Below are positions 35,039-47,900 of a stretch of DNA of 64,000 nucleotides, one piece after another. The notes beneath the pieces are model-generated. The model searched no databases. It was not told where the DNA came from and was given only the letters and a program-made list of their open reading frames with translations. The stretch covers positions 32,001-96,000 of IMG/VR virus record IMGVR_UViG_3300030098_006570; one strand, given 5' to 3'. This stretch comes from a virus. The translations under genes and the position numbers were made by a program. Every line of letters starts with the position of its first letter. Positions within the stretch are counted from its first letter, which is position 1.

Positions 35039-37978
35039 TTATTCTTCCACCTTTAGAGGCTTCATCGGAGCCACCTTATTAATTATCTCTTTATTGGAAA
35101 TTCTGGTGGCGGATATGAGGGGAGTTGTGATTTGCCAAGTTGGGACATTTGCAATGGGATTGTCCACATTGACACTAACATCTTTCTCACTACGATGAAT
35201 TAACTGTTGTATCGCTTCATAAAAAGTTCGATAAGGAATATAATTTCGATCCGTAGAGGCCATCGAGGCGTTACCTACCAAGAACAGATTGTCATAATCC
35301 GACAAACCTAAGAGGTTCCCCCCGGAGGTTACATTCGTGGTCTCCTGTAGTCGACACAATAAGAGTGTATTATTCTGACGAGCAAGAGCATAAAGTTCCT
35401 CCGTCAGCAAAGTCCATCTAGGCTGGTCAATCATGACCGTTCCATTGCCAGATGTCTGATACCCGTTGAAATACTCGACTCTCTTGATAGAGTTGAGGTT
35501 AATTCCCGTGGTTGCCAAATTATGACTAGGCACCAATTGAGGATCTACTTGGGCTTTTTTTGCGGCTAAAGAGGTGGCAACCCCCTCTAGATTGACAGCT
35601 TTGACATCTTGTCTAAAGCCCGCTATAGCGCTATTGAGCAGAACCGCCACTAGACCCGAAGATCGAATTCGTATAAAAGCGTTATTTTTCTCAGGGGACG
35701 CGTAGTGTAAGATGTTCTGCTCCGAGCCCGATATATTAGCCTGTGTTGTAGCCCCATCCCGAACAAAAACAGATCCTGAGGAGAGATATGTCGAAGAATC
35801 GACAGCACGCAAATTTGCGGCTTCGGCGCTTGTGGCCGTAGGAAGTCTTCGTACAGTTTTGATGTCCTGCGCAAGAGGAGTCACTGAAATACCAGAAGCG
35901 CCCAGAATCGAATCAATGTCCCCAACCGGGGGCGAATCTGCACCCACGGTGGTATGAAAAGATAGCTGAGATGTCGTAGGCCGAATCTTGGTGGCCAGCA
36001 AGTCTACCGTATTCTGGAGTCCCACATCAAACATTGATGTATCGATAACGTTCGTCGGGGTATTTATCCTCTTAGGTGTAAGATAGCCAGCCTTATTGAC
36101 TTGAGCAGCGTTAGGGCCCTCGACCTTAAATTTACTAATTTCGGCCCCTAGGCGTCCCTGAAATTGTGTATGAGGAATTCTGCTAAGGCCCCGGGTTTCC
36201 GTAACCAAATTCTCGTCTAAGTAGTCAAATCCGGTCTGGGCATCATGGGTGTTTTCATACGTGTTGGGAAAGACCCGCTGGTACTGAACTCTGCGCGCTG
36301 AGGACGTTGATGTGCTCATTTTAGATCTCACGCTAAATTTAGCGCTGCTCTTGCCCAAGGTAGGCGCCATGACGACCTGGTTAAGAGCGGAGTAAAAGGA
36401 GCGCACGAGCGCGCCAACTTCACGAATATTGGAAATGCTCCCGTTACTAGGATTTGACAACGAGAGAAGGTTTTTGCGCCAGGTAGCCATCGAGTGACTC
36501 CCAAACGCTGCGCGTCCGAAAACAAAAACCACACATGCTAAATAAGTATCCAACAAGCCTTTCCAGGCAGCATCCTGCCGAAGAACCAGCCCTTGCGCTC
36601 GAAGGCGGCGGTTAACCTCTCTAGTATCGGAGCCATGTTGGGCGTTCTCCATTCTGCTCACCCACTTATCATAATCTGTTAATGCTTTCTTGAGCTGACG
36701 AAGGAGATAATGTAACGCGCCCACGCTATTGTCAACACCCGTAATTTCTAGAGTATACTCATAAGTTCCACCGTCTTTAGAGGCTATCTCTACGTCTGTG
36801 GCGACATAGTTGGTAACCCCGGCGGCCTGATTTGCGAAGTCCACACCAACTATGGTTCCGTCCTTCTGAGATGCGACCAACTTTGGAGCGCTCTGTGCCT
36901 TTACTCCACAGATATTCAACTTACCTGGAGTGAGAGCAGTCGCAGAGATATTGGGTCGGATTCTCGTGCGATAAAGCCTAATATCCTCAACCTCAAAACA
37001 ACTGTTGAGAGCCTCCTTGTTGGCAACCAAAAAATTGAGCCGAGTGTTCGCCTGAACAAATTGTTTGTAGTTGATCGCGAACATAGCTTTCAGAACGTTT
37101 GTGCGAGTCCGAGAAAAATAAATATCAGATACCCCGGTGCTCGTCTTTCCAACCACGTTCCGAATGACTTGCGCATCCTTAGTCATGCGCCGATTAAGTG
37201 TCAGTGTAACCTCACTCAACCGCGAGATAAGTTTCCCCTGCTCAGACATAAAAGACTTATCTTGCATCTTTTGATTTGAAACTACAGAAGAAACCAAATA
37301 TGGATGCTTGTCGGCAACATGAGTGGGGCCGGCCATGACGCGGCCGTTGTGACGATGAATGGGCCCTGACCAAATGTCGCCCTTCTTGCCATACCCTTCC
37401 ACTGACTCGCCAAGACGATAAACCATCCCCATAGTGGACACTCTATTTTCTATATAGATGGTCTCAACTGCTGGATATCCTATCTTTATCGCTCGAATCT
37501 TAGTGCTCACACCCGACTGTGTAACATCCTGAGGGTTTACTTTATAGGCAACAGCATAAACATAAAGATTAGGCCACTCGTCGCGGCGTAAATCTGGCAG
37601 CGTTACGCGGACTCGGCGCTGTGAGATGGCGGTAGCTGTGGCTTTCTCCACTACGACCTGTTCATTAAACTGTTTTGTAGTCTTGCTTAGGTCCCCAGGC
37701 AGGTACATTTTGCGAGATTCTTTTGTCTGCATCCCATCGTCAGCTATGCAGTGCTTGACGACAGATTCTTGTTGCATCAGGCCTGCAATCGCTGAATCAT
37801 CATCACTGAATACTAACATGACTCGGTAGGGAGACACAAGACTCCAGGATGTAGGTACCTGATATAGCAACTCTATCTCAACTTTATTGATACCCATTTC
37901 AGGCATCGCACGAAAATTGATCTGGTCGATCACCACATTGGGCAATGAGTCGCGGTATAGGCCGGGGGCAGCGTCCAT
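35039..37978 (-). CDS. Hypothetical virion protein (979 aa)
   Basis: Long ORF, translationally coupled within the baseplate module. Confidence 0.65.
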   Translation of the reverse strand: MDAAPGLYRDSLPNVVIDQINFRAMPEMGINKVEIELLYQVPTSWSLVSPYRVMLVFSDDDSAIAGLMQQESVVKHCIADDGMQTKESRKMYLPGDLSKTTKQFNEQVVVEKATATAISQRRVRVTLPDLRRDEWPNLYVYAVAYKVNPQDVTQSGVSTKIRAIKIGYPAVETIYIENRVSTMGMVYRLGESVEGYGKKGDIWSGPIHRHNGRVMAGPTHVADKHPYLVSSVVSNQKMQDKSFMSEQGKLISRLSEVTLTLNRRMTKDAQVIRNVVGKTSTGVSDIYFSRTRTNVLKAMFAINYKQFVQANTRLNFLVANKEALNSCFEVEDIRLYRTRIRPNISATALTPGKLNICGVKAQSAPKLVASQKDGTIVGVDFANQAAGVTNYVATDVEIASKDGGTYEYTLEITGVDNSVGALHYLLRQLKKALTDYDKWVSRMENAQHGSDTREVNRRLRAQGLVLRQDAAWKGLLDTYLACVVFVFGRAAFGSHSMATWRKNLLSLSNPSNGSISNIREVGALVRSFYSALNQVVMAPTLGKSSAKFSVRSKMSTSTSSARRVQYQRVFPNTYENTHDAQTGFDYLDENLVTETRGLSRIPHTQFQGRLGAEISKFKVEGPNAAQVNKAGYLTPKRINTPTNVIDTSMFDVGLQNTVDLLATKIRPTTSQLSFHTTVGADSPPVGDIDSILGASGISVTPLAQDIKTVRRLPTATSAEAANLRAVDSSTYLSSGSVFVRDGATTQANISGSEQNILHYASPEKNNAFIRIRSSGLVAVLLNSAIAGFRQDVKAVNLEGVATSLAAKKAQVDPQLVPSHNLATTGINLNSIKRVEYFNGYQTSGNGTVMIDQPRWTLLTEELYALARQNNTLLLCRLQETTNVTSGGNLLGLSDYDNLFLVGNASMASTDRNYIPYRTFYEAIQQLIHRSEKDVSVNVDNPIANVPTWQITTPLISATRISNKEIINKVAPMKPLKVEE

Positions 37979-38958
37979 TAGCAGGGCTCCTCTTCAATGG
38001 TTGTGTAGAGATCGCGCACAATATTGAGTCGATTAGCATTTCGTAGGACCGCATCACGCGTAAGTCCCACACTATCTAGGATGTCGCTCGGAATTATATC
38101 ATCATGTGTAAGCCTCATATAATATTCCACATTTGGAACTTCTCCACTTTCCAGCGAAGATGGGCTTTGAATAATATTGGGGTTATCGTTGAGAAAATTA
38201 AGTTGAGTCAAAAGATTATCCGGATGAATATAGTACACCTCTACGTCATAATTTTCCATTTGAAATGGTGTGTTCTTCTCTAAGACATCTAAAATCAAGA
38301 AATTTTTTACCAAAGCCAAAGTTGCCGGGGCCTCTCCGGTGGAACCCGTGGGGAACGGAAGACTGATAGATTGCGGATCCTCCTCGGGCGCGAAATACGT
38401 TTGATAATCCAACTCAATCTCTAACTGGGGGATATCCATAATGACACCACTTGTGCTCCCGGTAATATAACTGGCTGTCAAATTAGTCACCATATATCCC
38501 CGAGATCCTGTGCTCTGAATTGTGGTCTCGTTACGATTCATAACATTGACTGACCAAGCGGCATCATATTGTGAAGTCAAAGCGGACGTTCCTAAGGGAA
38601 AGGAAGCCAGATTGTTAACAGACTGAAAAGGTTGTTGCATATTGAAGTCATCAACTTTATTAGCGGGGTCGGAGGACTGATCCCAGGTCGAAGAAGTTAC
38701 GTTACTCAGAAACTCATCTACTCGGGTTTGTGCGCCGGAACGATTAGCTATCACCTTTAGGTTGGGAGTTTCAAAGCGAATACGCTGATCGATACTATTT
38801 TGGCTAGCACCACCATCAGCATAAAAATCGTTATAGAGAATTTCCTCATCAAAGAAACCGTAGTAAGCTGGATCGAGGGCGCCCTGAGACAGTAAGTATT
38901 TACCATACTCGGTCAGCTGCAGTTCAATTACTTCTTCCTTTTTATTGAAAAATTCCAT
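37978..38958 (-). CDS. Baseplate structural protein (326 aa)
   Basis: N-terminus MEFFNKKEEVIELQLTEYGKYLLSQG...Y.FFDEEILY resembles that of 30151..31131. Confidence 0.65.
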   Translation of the reverse strand: MEFFNKKEEVIELQLTEYGKYLLSQGALDPAYYGFFDEEILYNDFYADGGASQNSIDQRIRFETPNLKVIANRSGAQTRVDEFLSNVTSSTWDQSSDPANKVDDFNMQQPFQSVNNLASFPLGTSALTSQYDAAWSVNVMNRNETTIQSTGSRGYMVTNLTASYITGSTSGVIMDIPQLEIELDYQTYFAPEEDPQSISLPFPTGSTGEAPATLALVKNFLILDVLEKNTPFQMENYDVEVYYIHPDNLLTQLNFLNDNPNIIQSPSSLESGEVPNVEYYMRLTHDDIIPSDILDSVGLTRDAVLRNANRLNIVRDLYTTIEEEPC

Positions 38959-38960
38959 AA

Positions 38961-41900
38961 CTATCTCTTCTTTTTCCCAGTCGTGCGGCGACGTGTTTTA
39001 CGCTTTGATGACTTTCGCGGCGCTCGATCTCCGTCCACACTAAAGCGAGGAGCAGTATCTACTGGCCTTCGGCGCTCAATCTCCAAGGCCTGAGGCTCAG
39101 GTGTTACCGAGGCCTGGGGGGTGGTGTTGGGGATTGACCCAATCATAGACGCCGGCATCGGGGCGGCACTAATGGTGGGAGTCGTGGGTGCTTCGGGGTT
39201 ATACATAATCGTAGCGGTGCCTGTTGATTGAACATCGCGCGATGCCCACTGGACATCCTGTTCGATCTGTGCTAGTTCTACTAGCGAACAGTAGTCGTAA
39301 GGCCAGTTATAACTATACTTTTCATCAATATATACGGGCATGGAGGCGGTATTAGAAGTTTCCAATGCACGGCGATTACGCTCAAAATCAATAGCGACGC
39401 GTTTCTTGACCTTGAAAACCATCCAGCGGAGATCTGTCGCCTCTCCTAGAAGGAGATCGAGCAGCTCTCTTTCTTCTACAATAACTTCAGAGGTCGTAAA
39501 TTTCGATCCAATTTCAGGCAACAAGTTTTGCCAAATATTCGCGATATCTTGCTGGGACATGTCAGTACCAAATTCAAACACATACATGAGAATCGGGTCT
39601 ACTGTACTAAACTTCGTAAAGTCGAATCGAGGCGGGAAATTATATTTAGACATCATCGCCTTCAAGTTGCGGTAAGCATGAGAATTTTTGTATTTATCCA
39701 TGCTAATAAAACGCCGATTATTCTGGATAATTTCAAAGGGCACGGCAACAACGGCTTCTTCCCAGCGGAACTCCCTTTTTACAGTGCCCACGCGGCGAGA
39801 CGTCACAGGGAACCCTACAAGCTTTGCCAAGGAAAGAGGTGCATCAGCTGCCCCAATGCCGCGGCCGGCCGCGCGCGCCGCAGACTCAGCTTCCGCTAGG
39901 CTTAAAAACACCCCTTCTTTGTCGGCGGAAGGGACACGACCATATTGGTGCCATAGTCCATGGGTCAATACTGTGTCGGCGCCGTCGCTCGTGAAAGGTC
40001 CGCGATGCAACGGATAGGAGGCTGGGGGTGCTGGGTTCCATCCACCAGGTGTCGAGGCGCTTTGAACGTTGAGAATAGGGGTCTCAAACTTACTTTGGAT
40101 GAGCCAGCGGAATTTTTGGTCGACCGTCCCTGAAACAATTTCCCCTAGTGCTTCCGTGAAATTGTAACAAGCGTCCAAATGCATAATCCCAGGACTTGGG
40201 GGCCCATACTGAGCGAGGGTATAACCGGCACCACCCTTCGAAGAAATGCCATAAGGGGCCGCATATCCGGAAGCGGTCACATAAGTCTGAGATGCGCTGT
40301 TCTCCTGACGCATGTAATTGATACTTAGTCCGCCAAATATGTCGGCCAAGGCTGGGCGCCCGTCGTAGGAGGCAGTATACACCAGTTCCGCTTCGGCATA
40401 ACCCCCCATATAAGGCGGAGTTACATGCATATAACTTGGTGTGGCGCCGCCAGAGCCAGAAACACCTACGATGGGCTGCCCAAACGCCGACTGGCGCCTA
40501 TACATGTCAAAAGTTCCATACGCCGGGTCAGTGGGATCTCCGGAGGTTCCGAAGGAGGCAGCGCCCAACTGTGATCTTGCCAGCTTCACCCTCATGGTGT
40601 ACACAGAACCCGATTTAGCTACCCCAAAACTGTCCTCTCGCGCGGAGACAAAAGAACTAAACTTGTCTACGAAAATATCAGAAGCAGCACACAAAAAGTT
40701 GTCGATGGCCAAGCTATACAGCCTGTCTGCTTGGAAAGTCGTCATGTCGACGGACATCTGTTTCGGAGTACCGGACTGCGCGTAGATCCAGGAGTTTGCC
40801 GCCGCCAAACTAACACTTTGCGATGGAGCTGTCGAGTACACAAAGGGGTACTGCGGGGCAGCTCCGGAAAGGGATCCAAGACTTGTGGGACTAAAGAACG
40901 TCTCAGGCTTGTACAAAGTCTCGAAAGGAACGCGATTGATCACATACCCCCTGTTAAGGCCCGTCTGTGCGGCATTGACAACAGCACAGTCTTGCATAAC
41001 TAAGGTTCCCTCCGGAAGTATGACGCGAGAGCGACCGGCGTATCCGGCGGCGGCCGCGGCGTTGCCCGACAACATCGGATCCACTAACTTGCCGTCTTGC
41101 CCATTCACTACGCAGAAATGAGATACCCCAATCCCCGACTTAATAGTGTTGTACAAAATGCCCGGGGAAAACATCATTTCATAGGGAATTGAGGAGACCA
41201 TCTTTTGCGCACCGAGTACACTGCTCGCCTGGAGGATGGTTTTTTGTACAGATTGAGAAAACAGGGTTGCCAACTCTAGGGTGCGCTCAATCGGGAAAAA
41301 CCCCTTATATGGCAGTAACTTCAGAAATGCCTTGCAACTTAAGCTAATCTTGTCACGTGTAATGGTAAGATCCCCGGAACGCTGTTCTTGAAGGTCTTCA
41401 TCAATAACCGAAAAATACTTCATAAAATCGGAGTTACTATACACCTTATAGAAATCTTGCCCACTGCTATTGGGGATTTCGGCACCAGTGAGGCTGAAAA
41501 TGTCATCAATGCTTGCTAAGAAGTCACCCTCTTTTTTCTCAATATAGGTGGACATATGATCGCTAATTCTGAACTCAGGAAGAAGAGAATAATCCTTAGC
41601 ACTGGCGCGGAGTTCCTCTGCATAGGCAGTGGCCTCGTAATATGGCACCAAACCTGCTTGGCGGTAAGCAGTAAAGGGTGCATCACCGGCGATAACTGGC
41701 CGACTGCCGGCCGTCGCGCTAGCAGAGCCAAGGTATATGGGAGTTGAATAAATGGGTCCTGGGCGACGGGTATTGTCGGTTCCGAGGTACTCAGCAGCAG
41801 GGTCTGCAACATACCGAGTATAGTTGGCCTGCAATTCTCCCGCGCCATCATTGATACCAAGAACCGATGAAGTGGAAGCATAATTATTATGCCCATCGAT

Positions 41901-44900
41901 TGGCCAAATACTTTGGCTGGCCGTGGCATATCCCATTGACCCCGTCAGACCTCCTTCGGAGCTTCGGACAGAGCGAATATTATTCCAAATGTTCTTGATA
42001 CTATAATTTGGCCGCATTCGCACAACCCGGCTATAAGCGTTAATATCAGCCGGATAAACACGCTGCTTGTAGTTCGCTACAACACTCAGGCCACTGTTCC
42101 GCGTAAAATCAGTAATGGTCTTGAGTGGCTGATGGTCATCTACTGGTTTACCGAGATTGAGTCGGTTGTTGAGGCCTTCATTGGTGAAATATCCGAGGTT
42201 GTTGGCGTAACTCACCTTTAGTGAAATATTATTTCTAGGGTCTGAATTTTCCGTGTTATCCTGGAATGCAAAATAAACTGGGCGTGCACTGCTTGCAACT
42301 GGGCGCTCTACATAATCCACAAATTGTGTGGGCTTCAGCCCCTCAACATACCCTCGAAGTCCCGAGCGAACCAAGGTGGAGCCCGAATAGACGTAAGACA
42401 TCTTGGGTACCTTGGGGGGCGGCAGAACGGTGCCGATTTTGTTGGCTTTACGGAGAGCGCGCGCCATAGGACTCTCACCCACTCGAATTTGCTTCCAGCT
42501 GGGATATCCATAGGCCCCGTTGCGAGCAAGGTTTAGTGCATTAGTAGCCTTGGCTCGTGGAATATTCACCAAGCGCTGGACGGAAGACGAACCCGCTGTA
42601 TGAGTACGAGTATTGAGGGAATCTTTAACGACCAAATTCAAAGCAGTGAAAGAGCTAGTATAGGGAACACCACTTTCTGAATATGATGCGCCTGACACCA
42701 ACTGCGTCAAACTATTCGCTGTGGTACAGCTGGGGGATTCCAGACCAAAAATAGTTGAACCAAACGCTAAGGAAGCCGTGATCCAAGAATACTGCTGCGT
42801 GGAGCGTGGAATCTGGTGTTGCACATAGAGGTTGTCGTAGACAGTCCCCGTGATATATCCTCCAGAAGCGCTCACAATGCGCTTACGTGGGTTTCTGTTC
42901 GTCTTATGCCACGACGGGATGGTCACGTAGGTAGAAGCCGGCACAGAGCCGTAGGCGGCGTCGTGTCCGAACTGTCCACAATGAAGGGTTGCGCGCTGGT
43001 CCAAACCACGGTTCTTGTCGATCTGGTCAATTACTGTGATAGTTTTTTCTGCCAGTGGGTCAACTGATGCCGATCCCGAAAGGCCATAGTCCAACAGTGA
43101 GAGGTTGTGATAAGGAAGAGCGTTATAGACCGAAAGAGCCTCGTGAGCCGGGTCCATATATCCGAGCGACATCACTTCATAACCAGATCCAGCAAAGCGA
43201 TTTACGAAAACGGTGTGTTGTGAGTTAGAGCCCGTGCGGGAAGGGAGAAGGTAATTAAGGGCGCCCCCCGGGTTTGCGGTATTATTATAAAGAGCCGCGG
43301 GTTCGGGTCTAAGAGCGTTCACGATTGGAGGCGAAACCTCTTTAACTCCCTCCTCATCCGGAGTGCTGCCAAAATTTGTTGGGACGGCTTCGAAGAAGGA
43401 ACCTCCAACTTGATCTACAAAAATGCCACCTGCGGGCGGCTGGCCGGCGTAGTCAAGTCCTAGTTTCCACCAGTTTATTAGGGTCGCGCTACCGCCGAGG
43501 CTGACGGAGGCGAGATCTGGTCGTGTACCCGAATTATACATCGCAGAAACGCCGGCTAAAGTGGGGAGCCCTGTCATTACTGCTACATCGCACATATAGC
43601 CGTTGAACGGATTGGCAAACTGGGCGCTATCGCCTATTTGTGCTCCTGAGTCGAAAGAAACTGTCGTCCAATCAACAGCATCGGTGCCGGCTGCGGCCGT
43701 TGATTCGACACCGTTAATACATATGCTGATGGTCTCGCCGGCTGAAGAGTCGATCGCTCCCTCGGGCACCCTGACTACGACATGATTCCAAGTATAGTCA
43801 GAGACTCCCGAACTGCGCGCATATGAAGTCTTGGGGGCTGCATCTTTGACGTCTGCATAAATGGTATTTACCCCCCCATTGACATAAAGGTATATACTAA
43901 TTCCCTGGGAAGAGAAAATTCCGGATTGAATCGTGCCTATCTGAAAGAGTCTTTTGTTGTTGCTTGGATCAACGGTATTATAATACCAGAAGGCTATGGT
44001 GAAGCCGGTCGTAGCCACGTCGGCGAAGGCAGTACTCCAGTTGTCCTGCGAGCCCGCGTCGAGTCGGGTATCGTCGGCTGCATAAAACTTTAACGATGTG
44101 GGAGGCGATGGAGAAAGCGGCACAAAGAGCGGGAAGCGGCCGCGGGTGGCCAGAGTTTCGGGATAGGGCGCAAAATTGAAAGATTGGTCATTGAAAAATG
44201 GATCATTCAATTCGCGGCCAGCTGTCTGAACAACCTGATAGTTCTTCTCATAGTTGCCAATAATGGTGGAACCGGTTGTCATCTTAATGTTGCGAATGTT
44301 TACCGGTCGCTTGGCATATTCTTCGCGGGCCAAGTTTGCCTTGGGCCTGTTAAGCAAGTAACCACGGGGCGCCGACCCCGACGCTGATGTAGCATCAGGA
44401 TACTGAGGACCTACGATACCCAAGGCCCCGCTTCCCTGAGATACCGCTGCCTCACAAAGTCCCAACTTAAGCATCCACCCTTCAGCGCGAGTGTCACGAC
44501 TATCTAAATTGTTTTTTCCCGGGTTGGAAGCTTTCTGGACGTTGATGTCCTGGTGGCGATACTGCCACCCACCTACGTATTTTTCTGTGAACGGGCCCTG
44601 CAGAGGTATATCGTTAGTGTGTACAATATCGTGATGTAGGTTGGTGATTGTGACGCCAGAATGATAAAGGTTGATAACATCCTGGTTAAATCCGCTCTTT
44701 ACCGAAGAGCTATACAAACTAAATGGCGCCAGAATATTGCCGTCCATCTTGTTTTTAGTGGAGCTTTTATTACCCAAAGGAGCGCCCCGGTTAATATCAG
44801 GGTTGATGCCGAAGCCTAGGCGCTGCTTTAATGTGGGATAATAAATATCATTAGTGTCGATCAGTTGTTCCACATCATCTTGGAAGGACAACATGATATT

Positions 44901-47900
44901 CACGGGAAGGTTAGTTCCCGGTACCAGACGACCAGCGGGCGCTGTGGCGTCCATAACAAAATTCGTGCGCTTATTGGGATGGAATCCAACACCGCCAACC
45001 GTCACACTCCCCTCTGTTCCAAAGCGAACGGGTGAGTCGGCAGCAATATTGCGAGATTTTTCAATAGCCCGGAGGAGATCTTGGCGTACATTGTTAGTTG
45101 TAGCCGAGGTGGCCCCCTTCAATGTAGGGTTCTCGGTTCGGCTAGCCTCAGTCTTCCACCAGTAAGCCTTATCCTTTTGGTTCTTCGACGGGGGTGCGTG
45201 TATAAAGCTCCATTCTTTGGTTCGAATCGGATTGGACGACCCAATCTGGCGACGGAAGTAGGCCGTATTAGCAGATAGTCCGGTACCGGCCGGGAATGAA
45301 TCGGGTGAGTTCATTGCAGTTCCGTCGTTGCCAGTGCCCCAAGTAGAGCCAAATAGTGGATTAGTCTTATCCTCTAAGAAGGGGAACTTACTCTGATACT
45401 TACTTCTCTCTAAAACATGGCTCTCAATCATGGTTCGAACATTAGTCGCAAAATCTGTGGATGCGGGAACAAGTTGCTGCAGCATCACCGTAAGGGCCGA
45501 ATCAAACCACTTATAGAACTCATAAAATTTATCAAAATCGATTTCGGTGTTGGCTACTGTCGCAAAAAACTTTTGTCTCAAGAACTTGAGGCCCTTGTAT
45601 TCGTGGCGGTATCGATTGACGGGAGCGCCGATCAATGTATTCAAGTCCTTGAGGGTTGCAAAGTAATTCAAAATCTCTTCAGAAATATTTTGATACAAAC
45701 TCTTCTCAAAAGCAAAGTAATAATTGATAGGACGTGAATCTATTGTAAACACTTCCTGCTCTGCTTGATTGAACACCTTCACCATTTCTGTTGAATAGAT
45801 ATTTTCAGGCAGCGTCTGGCGCGCGGAAATTACATAATCTTTATCGATGGCCGTCGTAGAGGACGCGGCGAAACCAAAGCCCAGGCCGGCATATTGCTCA
45901 TTGAGCATCCGACCGATCCAACCATTGTTGGCAGTCGCCACAGCATTCGATCCAGACGCCTCATCGGTAACAGTAAATTGGCCTGCGGCGTTGGATCCCG
46001 TATTCTGGCTAAACTCCCAATTGAGCATGAGTGTTTCGAATTCGGGAATCTCTCCGAAGGATGCAGAGGCATTGAAAGGATATGCATAAAAGTGAGGGTT
46101 AAGGGTTCCGGCATTCTGTGTGTCATATGCGTGAGCGGCAAGAGTTGTATCATCAAGATAGTTGAGCCAATAACGGCATGCATTGATCTTCACATCTGAT
46201 CGTTCTAGAACTGAACCCGTGTAGTTGGTGCGGTGGGCGCCTATAAATACGCGCTTGCTGCCTGTTACGAAAGCATACTCGCGGCCGGCACCAGGTGAAG
46301 CCAAAGAACCTGTAAGAGTGAATTCATTAAGAACAACACCAGAATCTATCTGAATACCATGCAGTTCGACCACGTAATCAGTGGGCGTGACCCCAGCCAC
46401 ATTTGTATAAGGGTAACTGTCAGGCCGAACACGAACTGCCAAGTTCCATTGTGTATTGTCGTAAACATCTTCGTAGAGAGCAGACTGCAGGCGAGGAACG
46501 ACAGTCGTCACGCCAGAGGTCCCAGTGAGCATAAATTTCACATTGCTGGAGTTTCTCTCATCTCGGACTGCATAGACCTGGAAGTTCACCACATCTGCTT
46601 GTCCGGTATAGCTGGGCCATCGAGGGGCTGTCTCGGAAATTCCTGCATTTCCGTGAACTCCAAACAAGCTAGAGCTAATGATATTGGTATCTTGATAGCC
46701 TGGACTTGCTACATCTATCTTCTCTGGAAAATATACATCTGTTTCTAGGGTAAAGGCGTATCCATTTCTCAGGTTCTGGGATCCCGAAATATACCCTACT
46801 GTATTAACAGTATCAATGGGATTCTGATACTGGAAGATGGTGGCACTTCCGTTTTCCCCAGTGTTGAAATTAGCAAACTTATCTGGGACGCTAACGTTTT
46901 TGCGGTTGCTGCGCATTTCCGCTTCAACGTCATTGGCATAGAGATTAATTTTGACTATTTCGTCATCAATACCGAAACACCTAATCAGATTGCGGAAAGA
47001 TTTCTCGGTACCCTTAGTTTTGTAAATGTAAGAAAGGTTGTTGTAAATGTTTTGATAAATGGTATTTTTGACATCAAAGAGAGTCTTCTCATAAACCCTA
47101 AACTCCGAGCGATCCGCGAGCTTCTCCAGGACATCAGCATCAAGAAAAATATCAGGCGCAACAAAGCCATGTGAATTCAAAAGGCGCTCGGCATAAGGCA
47201 AAGGCTTTTGCGTTCCGCTTGGGTACTGAACGTCTCGTAATGATGTTAGGGCTCGCGTCTTCAGTTGCAAATCATCGAAGTAACTCGACATAATCTGCAA
47301 AAGATATTTAGCGTTTTGCTGTCCTTCCTCATCCTCTTCCCGAATCCACTGAGGGAGGGAGTTATAGATATTGGCGTTGTTCCCCGCATCGTAGTCGGAG
47401 CCCGAAATCTCCAAAGATGACGAAAGCGCGACTACAGCCGGATGAAAGTTATAGATAATCGGGTCTTTATACTCTTTGATCGCTGCCTGCGAGATTACTA
47501 TTGCAGAGCCGGTATTCCGCGAATTGGCTGTGTATCCAGTCCATGTACCGTTGGTTACTCGACCAGCGTAATCCAACACAGTGCTATCGGTGGCTGTGCG
47601 ACCGGTGATTCCTTCATTGAACTTGTAGTATACCCCCAACAGAGTGTTGACATCTTCCGGCGTGTCAATAAACGGCTCGGGGTCGTCATTGACGCCGCCG
47701 CCCACCTGAGTGAACCAGTAGCGCCCAATTCCCTGTGATGAGCGCTGGGTCTTCCAATACCTGAATTCATCGAGAGAGCCAGAGAGTTTACCGTAGCCTC
47801 CCACGGCGCTGCTGCCCGAGGGTGAAGTGATGAGCGCGCCTATATAAGCCTGCAGGGCGCCTGTGACCTCTTGGAATCCCGAACCTGTGACAATCTCGTT